Of a stretch of DNA of 51,990 bases, positions 8,938-16,748 are shown piece after piece (the stretch's first letter is position 1; each line of letters opens with the position of its first letter). The position numbers and the translations under genes are program-made. The notes beneath the pieces are model-generated. The model ran no database searches. It was not told the DNA's origin and saw only the letters and a list, made by a program, of their open reading frames with translations. Source of the stretch: a candidate division WWE3 bacterium RIFOXYB1_FULL_43_24 (lineage in GTDB: Bacteria; Patescibacteriota; WWE3; UBA101185; UBA10185); assembly GCA_001773135.1 (NCBI GenBank), contig MEVX01000008.1, forward strand, positions 91,992-143,981. Direction: 5' to 3'.

Positions 8938-10239
8938 ATGTACACACGATTAAGTGCACCATTGGATGTGCAATGGGAGCTTACGCCTTGGTGCACATAT
9001 AACTGTGTGCACTGTTACAACTATTGGCGTAGGGACGAACGACCAATGCGTGTTCTTACAGAAGATCAGCTGGTAGTACGTAGAAAGACTGCCAAAGAGC
9101 TTCTTGAGAACAAGGTTTTTCATGTGACACTGACTGGAGGTGAGCCGCTTGGCGTAATTGAGCAGGTAATGCCTGAACTTCGCCAACTCGCATCAGCAGG
9201 TATACAAATGAGCATCAACACTAACCTAGCCCTGATGACCACGGAGATGGGTAAATTGTTGAAAGAGTTGGGTATTCGTTCAATTCTTACATCCTTGATG
9301 TCAGCAGACGAAATACTCAACGATGAGATCGCTCAACAAAGAGGTGCCTTTAGGCGGACTATAGAGGGTATCAAGGTAGCGGTATCAATGGGACTCCGAG
9401 TGTCGGTGAATATGGTTGTGTCTCAGAAAAACTTTGACACCATCTACGATACTGGAAAACTTGCATACTCACTTGGTGCCAAAGCATTCTGTGCAACCAA
9501 GGTGTCAAAACCCTCAAACTGCGAAGACTTCACAGGCTTTCCTCTTAGCAGAGAGCAGCTTGGGAGTATGTTCCATGAGCTTATCCGGATAAGGAAAGCA
9601 TTTGGAATTGAAGTCGCCTCACTGGAGCACTATCCTGCTTGTGTATTCCCAAATACCGAAACAAGAACAATGTTTGGTAATAGAAATTGTTCGGCCGCGA
9701 AAACAAGCTGTACGATAGGGTTTGATGGGAACATACGGCCATGCTCGCACGCTCCTATGTCCTACGGTAATGTAGCAGAACAAGGATTAAGCGTTGCCTG
9801 GATAGGTATGGACGCATGGCGAGATGATAGCCTTGTACCATCTGTATGTAAGCTTACGTGCGGTGAGTATCCTGGCAAGTGCGGTGGCGGTTGCAGAATT
9901 GAGTCTCTTAATGTTCACCAGGGTGTAGGTGGCAGCGACCCTTATAGCCTTGAGGCAGCGCCAGCAGCAAAGCGAGCAGTAGCAAAGCTCAAGCTCTTAG
10001 ATCCCGCCGTGATAGTACAACTACAACCAAAGGTACGATTTCGTAAAGAGAATTTTGGGTTCATAGCCTACAGAAGTTCAACCAACTGGGTAGCTATGGA
10101 TTCAACGCTTTATGGTATAGTCGTACCGTCCAAACCAGTATCGGTCACTGATGTGGCGACCGCATATCAATCTTCTGAAGATGATGCCCTGGAAACGCTG
10201 AGCATTTTGTCAGCAAAAGGCATTGTCCAAATAATCTGA
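8938..10239 (+). CDS. Radical SAM / SPASM-domain peptide maturase with a C-terminal PqqD-like (RRE-like) tail
   Basis: CTYNCVHC (CxxxCxxC) at residues 19-26. Auxiliary-cluster Cys motifs CSAAKTSC..RPC and CKLTCGEYPGKCGGGC. The ~90-aa tail (KVRFRKENFGFIAY...) resembles PqqD family. RBS GGAGG. Confidence 0.8.
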   Translation: MYTRLSAPLDVQWELTPWCTYNCVHCYNYWRRDERPMRVLTEDQLVVRRKTAKELLENKVFHVTLTGGEPLGVIEQVMPELRQLASAGIQMSINTNLALMTTEMGKLLKELGIRSILTSLMSADEILNDEIAQQRGAFRRTIEGIKVAVSMGLRVSVNMVVSQKNFDTIYDTGKLAYSLGAKAFCATKVSKPSNCEDFTGFPLSREQLGSMFHELIRIRKAFGIEVASLEHYPACVFPNTETRTMFGNRNCSAAKTSCTIGFDGNIRPCSHAPMSYGNVAEQGLSVAWIGMDAWRDDSLVPSVCKLTCGEYPGKCGGGCRIESLNVHQGVGGSDPYSLEAAPAAKRAVAKLKLLDPAVIVQLQPKVRFRKENFGFIAYRSSTNWVAMDSTLYGIVVPSKPVSVTDVATAYQSSEDDALETLSILSAKGIVQII

Positions 10240-10260
10240 AAGCGAAAGGAGGTGAGAGTA

Positions 10261-10410
10261 ATGGCCGTTGGTATTCTGAGGTTGCAAACCACGCGTGTCT
10301 GCGAAGACAACTGTGATGGCGAAGACATTGATGGCGTTCCGTGCGTTGATGTTGAAGACCCGCCTTGCTACGAAATGTGTCAAGACAGCGATGATGGTCC
10401 GAACGATTAA
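10261..10410 (+). CDS. 49-aa Cys/Asp-rich putative RiPP precursor peptide A (not in the ORF track)
   Basis: ATG lies 7 nt after AAGGAGGTGA and 21 nt after the rSAM stop. Hand translation: MAVGILRLQTTRVCEDNCDGEDIDGVPCVDVEDPPCYEMCQDSDDGPND (5 Cys, 14 Asp/Glu). A terminator follows. Confidence 0.7.
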   Translation: MAVGILRLQTTRVCEDNCDGEDIDGVPCVDVEDPPCYEMCQDSDDGPND

Positions 10411-10465
10411 CCGCCTCGCCCGCGCCTACTCCTAACCACAGTTTGGGTTGCGCAACCTAACCTGT

Positions 10466-10516
10466 CCCTCTGATAGTTTGTTTACAAAACTAGCTGTCAG
10501 AGGGATACTTTTTTTA
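10466..10516 (+). terminator. Rho-independent terminator after peptide A
   Basis: CCCTCTGA ... TCAGAGGG stem with inner TAGTTT/AAACTA pairing, then a T-run. Confidence 0.6.
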
Positions 10517-10517
10517 T

Positions 10518-11150
10518 ATGATATTTAAGATACAGACATTTGAAGACCCTATTTTAGAAAAACTGTATAGCCAAGCATTAGAAGAGTTAAAAGAATTTTT
10601 CCAATTTAGATGGGAAAAAAACACTCCTAAGCTAATAGTTATTGAAGATAGAGATACTATAAACGCTGTATATGGGAAACAAACAGAGAGCTGGATGGTT
10701 GCATGGGCTGAAGATACAAGGAACATCTTTATACTTAGCAGAGAAAATTACGAAAAATATAGTTCGCACAAGTATTCAGAAGATGAATTTTACAAACTAA
10801 TAAAACACGAACTCTCCCATATGTTTTACAAATTGATTACTTTTACAGATAAACCAAGATGGTTGAATGAGGGAATAAGTACATACATATCAGGTCAATT
10901 AGATAACACCAAACCAATAGAGGAATTTAAGGTGTTTCTGAACTACTTTGATAAAACAGATGCTGAACTGTACAAAGAATCGGGGTATCTTGTCAAATTA
11001 TTGTTAGATAAATTCGGTAAAGATAAGCTATCTAAATTCACTAAATCTTTGAAGGGTGTCAAAGATCCAGAAACAACTGCAAAAGTATTTCAGGAAGCTT
11101 TTGGCTTAAATCTATCATACGAAAGTATAAACTACCTGCTTACAAAATAA
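10518..11150 (+). CDS. HExxH zinc metallopeptidase (peptidase MA / gluzincin-like), paralog 1
   Basis: HELSHMFY ... WLNEGISTYISGQ (HExxH plus a downstream EG). Confidence 0.6.
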   Translation: MIFKIQTFEDPILEKLYSQALEELKEFFQFRWEKNTPKLIVIEDRDTINAVYGKQTESWMVAWAEDTRNIFILSRENYEKYSSHKYSEDEFYKLIKHELSHMFYKLITFTDKPRWLNEGISTYISGQLDNTKPIEEFKVFLNYFDKTDAELYKESGYLVKLLLDKFGKDKLSKFTKSLKGVKDPETTAKVFQEAFGLNLSYESINYLLTK

Positions 11151-11374
11151 CACTTATTCAGTTGCATACTTGAATTACCCTTTGAAACATTACTAGAGTA
11201 TCTAGCAACTGGTTCAAATTAGCCTCCACTACCGACCCCAAAATTGGTGGCTGTAATCACGCCTTTTTCTACATATTCCCTAACGGTTAATCGAGCCAAA
11301 GTGCCCCCCCCCATATATACGAAGCATTTAAAAGTAGTATTAAATAATCACGCTTTTAACGATGTTGAGTTATA

Positions 11375-12007
11375 ATGACTTTACTTATGAGTAAAATTTT
11401 TAGAATAAAAATAAACGAACAAAAAGAATTAGAATCTGTATACGCTCAATCACTAGACAAATTAAATAACTTTTTTGATATTAGATGGGAACAGAACAAA
11501 CCAAAAGTTTATATAGTAAGTGACAGAGAAACTGCTGAATCTTTGAGGGGTAAACAAACTCCAGATTGGATTGTCGGCTGGAACGGGGACGGGGGGGCAT
11601 TTGTTTTGGATAAAGATATATTTTTGAACACAAAAAATACTAATCGAGACAATGACGATTACAAAATGCTAATAATGCACGAGTTAGCGCATTTGTACTT
11701 CAAAATCGTAACAGGTGGTAAAACACAACCTAATTGGTTGTGGGAAGGAACATCAATACTTGCATCAGGCCAGGCCGAAAAGTGGAATAAACCAGCAGAG
11801 TTTAGAAGCTTTCTGGACAACAAAGACGTTTATTCAGAGGCAGGACATGCTCTACTACTATTGACGCGACAGTTTGGCAAGGAAAAGTTCATACAAATGC
11901 TCAAAAACTACAAAACTTACGATGGAGATTTTTCTGGTCTATTTAAAAATACTTACGATATGGAACTAACATATGCTACGTTTGAAGGTTTAATAAAACA
12001 TCAGTAA
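11375..12007 (+). CDS. HExxH zinc metallopeptidase (peptidase MA / gluzincin-like), paralog 2
   Basis: HELAHLYF ... WLWEGTSILASGQ. Alignable by eye with 10518-11150 over the full length. The true start may be the second Met (11387, MSKIFRIK). Confidence 0.6.
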   Translation: MTLLMSKIFRIKINEQKELESVYAQSLDKLNNFFDIRWEQNKPKVYIVSDRETAESLRGKQTPDWIVGWNGDGGAFVLDKDIFLNTKNTNRDNDDYKMLIMHELAHLYFKIVTGGKTQPNWLWEGTSILASGQAEKWNKPAEFRSFLDNKDVYSEAGHALLLLTRQFGKEKFIQMLKNYKTYDGDFSGLFKNTYDMELTYATFEGLIKHQ

Positions 12008-12072
12008 TATACGGGGTATAGTGATTAGTAAATAATCAGCATACCCCTGTTTCTACCGTCACTGACTTTTTA

Positions 12073-12198
12073 CTAAGAAAACTGAGGACAGTCTCCAGGA
12101 GGTTGGCAATCACAATCGCAATCGCTGGTTGCGTCTGAATCGTGAGAGCAATTATCAGACCCAGTTACGTGTATGCCCAAATCTTCAAGATTAACCAT
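12073..12198 (-). CDS. 41-aa Cys/Asp-rich putative RiPP precursor peptide B (not in the ORF track)
   Basis: On the minus strand, GAAAGGAGAATTGAC precedes the ATG. Hand translation: MVNLEDLGIHVTGSDNCSHDSDATSDCDCDCQPPGDCPQFS. The leader motif LGIHV..S is shared with peptide C. Confidence 0.65.
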   Translation of the reverse strand: MVNLEDLGIHVTGSDNCSHDSDATSDCDCDCQPPGDCPQFS

Positions 12199-12325
12199 GT
12201 CAATTCTCCTTTCGTAGAATGCAGATTTATTCACAGTATTATACTACAAAAATTGAGATTACTAATAAAATATGCTATAACTACGCAATAATCCAAAATA
12301 TCTTGTAAAAAAAGGAGAGATAGCT

Positions 12326-13678
12326 ATGGCAGACTTGACTTATCAGGGGCTGTTATTGGACAAGGCAGGTCACACTAAGTTAAACCTTTCAAATGGCGAA
12401 GCTGTGATCTATAGTCCTTACGGCTCCGGCAAAGCGTTTGTTCTATCAGGTGTTGCATTAAAGGTGTACAAGCTTCTTGAAAGCGGGTTAACTGTTGAGG
12501 AAATAATCAATACAGCGCAATCGCCGGAATGGGAAGAAACCGTGCAGGCAGTGATTGCGTACTTCACAGATCGGGGACTTTTTGCAGACAAGAGAAAAAC
12601 GAAAACTTTCTCTGCAGCCAAAAAGCCGAAGTCAATTGCACTTTGGATCCATGTTACGGATACCTGTAATCTGCGTTGCGATTATTGCTACGTTCACAAG
12701 GGTAAACGGCGCTTATCCAAAGAAGCCTGTGATGTTATTGTCAGCGCATTAAAGGCGGATACGGAAACCTTTCAGATAAAGGAGGTTGAGCTGAAGTTTG
12801 CAGGAGGCGAACCGCTCGTTGATATAGAGATTGTTTCCTATTTCATGGACCAAGCAAGAGCGGCGTTGCTACCACTTGGTGTAAAAATCCATTTGGCGAT
12901 AATCACCAACGGTACCTTAGTGACTGATGAAAAAGCGAAGTTTCTCAAGAACGAAGCGTTCTCGGTCATGGTATCCCTGGACGGACTTGGAGATTTCAAC
13001 AACGCCAGGAAATATGCAGATGGACGAACTAGTGTGCATCAGGTGCTGGAAGGTATTGAATGCCTGCTTAACGCTGGTGTTAGGCCTACAATACTCACAA
13101 CGGTATCGGATACGAATGTTGAGGGTTTGTGGGATCTAATGATCTATGTGAGAGAGAAGGGTCTAACGCTAAGCCTAAGCCCATCCAGAGACTACGAGCA
13201 AGAATTGGGTTTGAAGATGAATGTAGAGCATATTTCCAATGAAATGGTGGTGTTTCTACACAAAGTATGTCTTTTACCCGATAGCGACCTGCCGCGACTG
13301 AGTTTCAATGGAATTCAATTTACCGGCGGTAGAACTCATATCTGTGGGGGTGGCTCAAATTACTTTGCAGTGGATCCCGATGCAGGCGTCTGCTTTTGTC
13401 AGATGACTGTAGATAAGCCAATGGGTTTGGTCACAGACAAAGACAGCATATTGAGTTTCGCCACTAGTCAAGATACGATCCTGGAAGGAGGTGAGTGCTT
13501 AACCTGTATTTGGAAGAATGTCTGTTGTGGAGGATGTGCAGTTTTAGCGATGAACGCAGGTACTTTTGGGAAACCATCAGTAATGTGCGATTTAATGAAA
13601 CGCATCCTACCGTCAATCCTTCTATATGAAGGCCGAAAGATCCGCAGATTGAAAGAGAGGAAAACATGCCTACCTTGA
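12326..13678 (+). CDS. Radical SAM / SPASM-domain peptide maturase with an N-terminal PqqD-like (RRE-like) domain
   Basis: CNLRCDYC (CxxxCxxC). C-terminal Cys clusters CGGGSNYF..CFC and CLTCIWKNVCCGGC. The ~100-aa N-terminal extension (VIYSPYGSGKAFVLSGVALKVYKLLESGLTVEEII) resembles PqqD family. RBS AAGGAGAG. Confidence 0.8.
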   Translation: MADLTYQGLLLDKAGHTKLNLSNGEAVIYSPYGSGKAFVLSGVALKVYKLLESGLTVEEIINTAQSPEWEETVQAVIAYFTDRGLFADKRKTKTFSAAKKPKSIALWIHVTDTCNLRCDYCYVHKGKRRLSKEACDVIVSALKADTETFQIKEVELKFAGGEPLVDIEIVSYFMDQARAALLPLGVKIHLAIITNGTLVTDEKAKFLKNEAFSVMVSLDGLGDFNNARKYADGRTSVHQVLEGIECLLNAGVRPTILTTVSDTNVEGLWDLMIYVREKGLTLSLSPSRDYEQELGLKMNVEHISNEMVVFLHKVCLLPDSDLPRLSFNGIQFTGGRTHICGGGSNYFAVDPDAGVCFCQMTVDKPMGLVTDKDSILSFATSQDTILEGGECLTCIWKNVCCGGCAVLAMNAGTFGKPSVMCDLMKRILPSILLYEGRKIRRLKERKTCLP

Positions 13679-13854
13679 GCGCTCTTGGTATTCATGTAGC
13701 AGATTCTCAAAGCCGAGCTGATTGCGACTGCGAGACAGACTGCGCCTCACAATGTAGCCAACAGTGTGACCGAGACTGTGACTGCGAATGTGGAGGCGAC
13801 TGCTACGATTGTGATTGTGAATGCCAGTGCCAATGCTCTGATTGCAGGAACTAA
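13666..13854 (+). CDS. 62-aa putative RiPP precursor peptide C with 15 Cys
   Basis: ATG lies 5 nt after GAGAGG and overlaps the rSAM-2 stop by 13 nt. Sequence: MPTLSALGIHVADSQSRADCDCETDCASQCSQQCDRDCDCECGGDCYDCDCECQCQCSDCRN. Confidence 0.75.
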   Translation: MPTLSALGIHVADSQSRADCDCETDCASQCSQQCDRDCDCECGGDCYDCDCECQCQCSDCRN

Positions 13855-13874
13855 AACGAGCAATGGCAATCAAC

Positions 13875-13927
13875 AAAGACCTGTTTAAAGGTGAACTTAC
13901 TCCTTATAGACAGGTCTTTAATTTTTG
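13875..13927 (+). terminator. Hairpin terminator after peptide C
   Basis: AAAGACCTG ... CAGGTCTTT with inner AAGG/CCTT pairing, then AATTTTTG. Confidence 0.5.
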
Positions 13928-14056
13928 AGACTTGCGAGGTACAAAGTACCTCAGGAAACAACACCAAAGTACCTATTAACTGGTTCGGCCCTCTCCCCAT
14001 ACTATAGTAAAATTACCCCGTTAAAATCAAACAACAAACTCAAATAGGAGAAACCC

Positions 14057-14416
14057 ATGAGAAACAGAAACGAAAAGGAAATTTCACTCTTTTTAGAGGG
14101 TTTTTACGACGGGATACCCCATCACCAGGTAGGCGATAATGAAAGGGAATTTGCTATAATCGCCGACTTGATTAATGATGGAAAGTCATTCGAAAAGGTT
14201 TTAAATGACCTCGGTGACGACGTAGAGAGTGCCATGAGGCACGACGATCCTGATGTAATGAGCAGGGCTGTTTTGTGGAACGAAGTGAAAAAACAGAAAC
14301 TGCTGATAATGGGGATCGCAAATAGTTTCGATCGCCGCGTCTTACAAGGAAAAAAACATCTCCACTCGAACACTGATGCTAAAAAACTTTTCGATACCCT
14401 AATAAAATACAAGTAA
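14057..14416 (+). CDS. Hypothetical protein
   Basis: 119-aa ORF with RBS AGGAGAAAC. No recognised motif. Confidence 0.4.
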   Translation: MRNRNEKEISLFLEGFYDGIPHHQVGDNEREFAIIADLINDGKSFEKVLNDLGDDVESAMRHDDPDVMSRAVLWNEVKKQKLLIMGIANSFDRRVLQGKKHLHSNTDAKKLFDTLIKYK

Positions 14417-14577
14417 AGAAAAGTCACTACCACCCCCAACCCAATCAACCGGAACGAGGGTCTTTTTTTATTCTGATTTATTCTTAACAGGTACTAACTT
14501 CTGAGATACTAAGCCCCTGTACAGCCTAATTCAGACTAGTAGTGACAAAGACACCTTTGATTACAGCACTGAGCACC

Positions 14578-14934
14578 TTACCGTAAACTAACCGATTTAA
14601 CTTTTTTCCTAATCTCTTTGTAATTCGGAATAGTCTTTCCTACCTCGGCCCAAAACTTTTTAGAATGGTTGAACTCTATCAGGTGGCAGAGTTCGTGAAC
14701 AACTACGTAGTCTCTTTGATCCTTTGGCAGAAGTGCGACCCTGTAGTTAAAATTCAAGTTTCTCGCTTTCGAACAACTTCCCCACTTTGATTTTTGGTTT
14801 CTTATGGCAACTTTACGATACTTCACACCATATAAATGTGCAAAAAATTCAAGAACCTCTAATATTATCTTTCTGGCAGTTTCTTTGTTTTCAACATAGT
14901 GTCTTTTAGAACGCATATTATAATAGTTTACCAA
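14578..14934 (-). CDS. Short YgjP/DUF45-like (M48-related) metal-dependent hydrolase
   Basis: KWGSCS ... YVVVHELCHLIEFNHSKKFW is the DUF45 signature. At 118 aa it looks N-terminally short for the family. TTG start, with an alternative ATG at 14916. Confidence 0.55.
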   Translation of the reverse strand: MVNYYNMRSKRHYVENKETARKIILEVLEFFAHLYGVKYRKVAIRNQKSKWGSCSKARNLNFNYRVALLPKDQRDYVVVHELCHLIEFNHSKKFWAEVGKTIPNYKEIRKKVKSVSLR

Positions 14935-15078
14935 GAAGTGTTTGGAATAGCCTTAAAATAAATGTTTGGTGTTTAAAAGCTGAACTTTGTGCCGACTAGC
15001 CGTTTACCCTTTAATGTAGTACAATGCTAGAGCGGAAGGAGGTATAAATAGGTTTAACCCCCCAATCTATAAAAAAAT

Positions 15079-15279
15079 ATGAACGGAACAATTAAAACCA
15101 AGACAGATAAAGGATTTGGATTCATTTCTCGTGATGGAGAAACTAAGGATCTTTTCTTTCACTCTAACAATCTAACAGGCGTTACATTCGACGAACTACA
15201 GGTAGGAGCAGCAGTTACATTTGATGTAGTCAACAGCGACAAAGGTCCCAGAGCAGAAAACGTACAGCTTGCAGAGTAG
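15079..15279 (+). CDS. cspA: Cold-shock domain protein
   Basis: GTIKTKTDKGFGFISRDGETKDLFFH matches the RNP1/RNP2-like CSD motifs. 66 aa. Confidence 0.85.
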   Translation: MNGTIKTKTDKGFGFISRDGETKDLFFHSNNLTGVTFDELQVGAAVTFDVVNSDKGPRAENVQLAE

Positions 15280-15314
15280 AGTAGCAGAATAAATCAAATA
15301 CAATTGAATATATT

Positions 15315-15365
15315 ACGGCATCTTCAAGTTAGGAATTCCTAAAAGTAAGGTGCCGTTTTAGTTTT
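15315..15365 (+). terminator. Terminator after cspA
   Basis: ACGGCATCTT ... AAGGTGCCGT stem followed by TTTAGTTTT. Confidence 0.5.
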
Positions 15366-15446
15366 CCTCTACCATATAAATTCTGGTGAATTACAAAATG
15401 AGTACTATACTCAAATTACGTCACATCTTTGTAATTTATTACTGGG

Positions 15447-16187
15447 GTGTCTGCAAAAATGTCTTACATTAAGGTTCTTGTTACAGTAGCGTTGATAATT
15501 ACATTGGCTGGTATAGCCGGTTACGCGGGATACATTTATCTCGCCATTAAAACTTTTTCCGATGAAGTAGTCAACATAGTAGAGAATGTTGAAAAACGTG
15601 TTGAGGTAGAGTCGGTATCCGAATCTACCGCAATGTATAAAAATCCTGAAGAACCAAAACACGGATACCAGGCAGCCCCGGTAGTAAATGTTAAAAATGA
15701 AAGTTACTTTGTAAGTGGTAACGACCGCGAGACGCTGTGTAATCAGATAAACGTAGAAGAAAGACGGGTTGAAGAAGATAGAGTTCAAATAGGTTATATA
15801 CTTTCCAGTATGCGTTATGAGTATTATGCCGTTTTGACTTTAAAAGGTTACACTATCGGCGATTTTACAGTAACAACCGATTCAGTAATTACTGTACCTC
15901 AATGGACATCCAGCGGGGGAGCTTCGGATGACACTAAAAACGATTGGAGACGATTTAAGGACGCAGTAGTGGCACATGAAAATGAACACCAAAGCATTTT
16001 GGTAGAAAACGCGACCGAATTTGTAAACACATTAAATAACCTCGGATATTATCCCACGGAAACCGCTTTGAATGTTGCCGTCGAAGGTTTGTATGATGCG
16101 GCATATAAACAATTGAGGGAGGAACAGGAAAATTTTGATGAAGAATATGAAAATGAACCGTTCCAGCATTTCTGTGAAAACCATTAG
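15447..16187 (+). CDS. Secreted/membrane-anchored putative zinc protease (DUF922-like, HExxH)
   Basis: N-terminal TM helix and an AHENEHQ motif in the C-terminal half. Confidence 0.4.
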   Translation: MSAKMSYIKVLVTVALIITLAGIAGYAGYIYLAIKTFSDEVVNIVENVEKRVEVESVSESTAMYKNPEEPKHGYQAAPVVNVKNESYFVSGNDRETLCNQINVEERRVEEDRVQIGYILSSMRYEYYAVLTLKGYTIGDFTVTTDSVITVPQWTSSGGASDDTKNDWRRFKDAVVAHENEHQSILVENATEFVNTLNNLGYYPTETALNVAVEGLYDAAYKQLREEQENFDEEYENEPFQHFCENH

Positions 16188-16291
16188 TGTGGAATTTAAG
16201 GTGGTTGGATTTCTAAACATTTGGTAAATATTTTTGGCTGCGTATTGTATCCCCGACCTTTTTAAAATTTCGTTAGTAGAGTGTAAGAAAT

Positions 16292-16328
16292 AAAAAAAGG
16301 AACAAAGCGTATAAACAACTTTGTTCCT
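16292..16328 (-). terminator. Terminator for the minus-strand gene 16350-16643
   Basis: AGGAACAAAG ... CTTTGTTCCT perfect 10-bp stem. The A-run on the plus strand is a T-run on the minus strand. Confidence 0.55.
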
Positions 16329-16349
16329 TAACGGAGTGCGCGACTCTAA

Positions 16350-16643
16350 TTATCTCCAGATTGGCGCGATAACGATCACGGTGTAGAGGAATTTGTTTTT
16401 CTTTTCGTCTACGTCGATAGACCCGGTTAGTATGTTCTTCGTATCCATGGCGATTTCTCCCTGGAATATTTTTACCGCTTCGGGGCTACAAAGCTTGGGG
16501 TCATTCGGGTCAAAATTGAACGTCCTTTCATCCCCCGGCCCCATCTTCATAACTTCCTCGAGAATTTGCTCGGAATTTAGCGGAACTTCCGGAGTGCGTA
16601 TCAATAACCTCTCAATTCCCCTCAGTAAAGCATTTTTCCCCAT
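16350..16643 (-). CDS. Hypothetical protein
   Basis: 97-aa ORF preceded by AGGAGGAG. No motif recognised. Confidence 0.4.
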   Translation of the reverse strand: MGKNALLRGIERLLIRTPEVPLNSEQILEEVMKMGPGDERTFNFDPNDPKLCSPEAVKIFQGEIAMDTKNILTGSIDVDEKKNKFLYTVIVIAPIWR

Positions 16644-16748
16644 CTCTATCTCCTCCTTTATTTGGATTCTAGAAAGATTCGATTGGGAGATTATACAGCT
16701 GTTACAAGGGAAATCAAATTATGTTTTGCCGGTAAATTTGAGAAATAT

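Noticed and set aside
14430-14439. Possible far-side att repeat of tRNA-His (CCACCCCCAA)
   Set aside because: Only about 9 nt match the tRNA-His 3' end, with an extra C, in a C-rich context. That is too short to call an attR.
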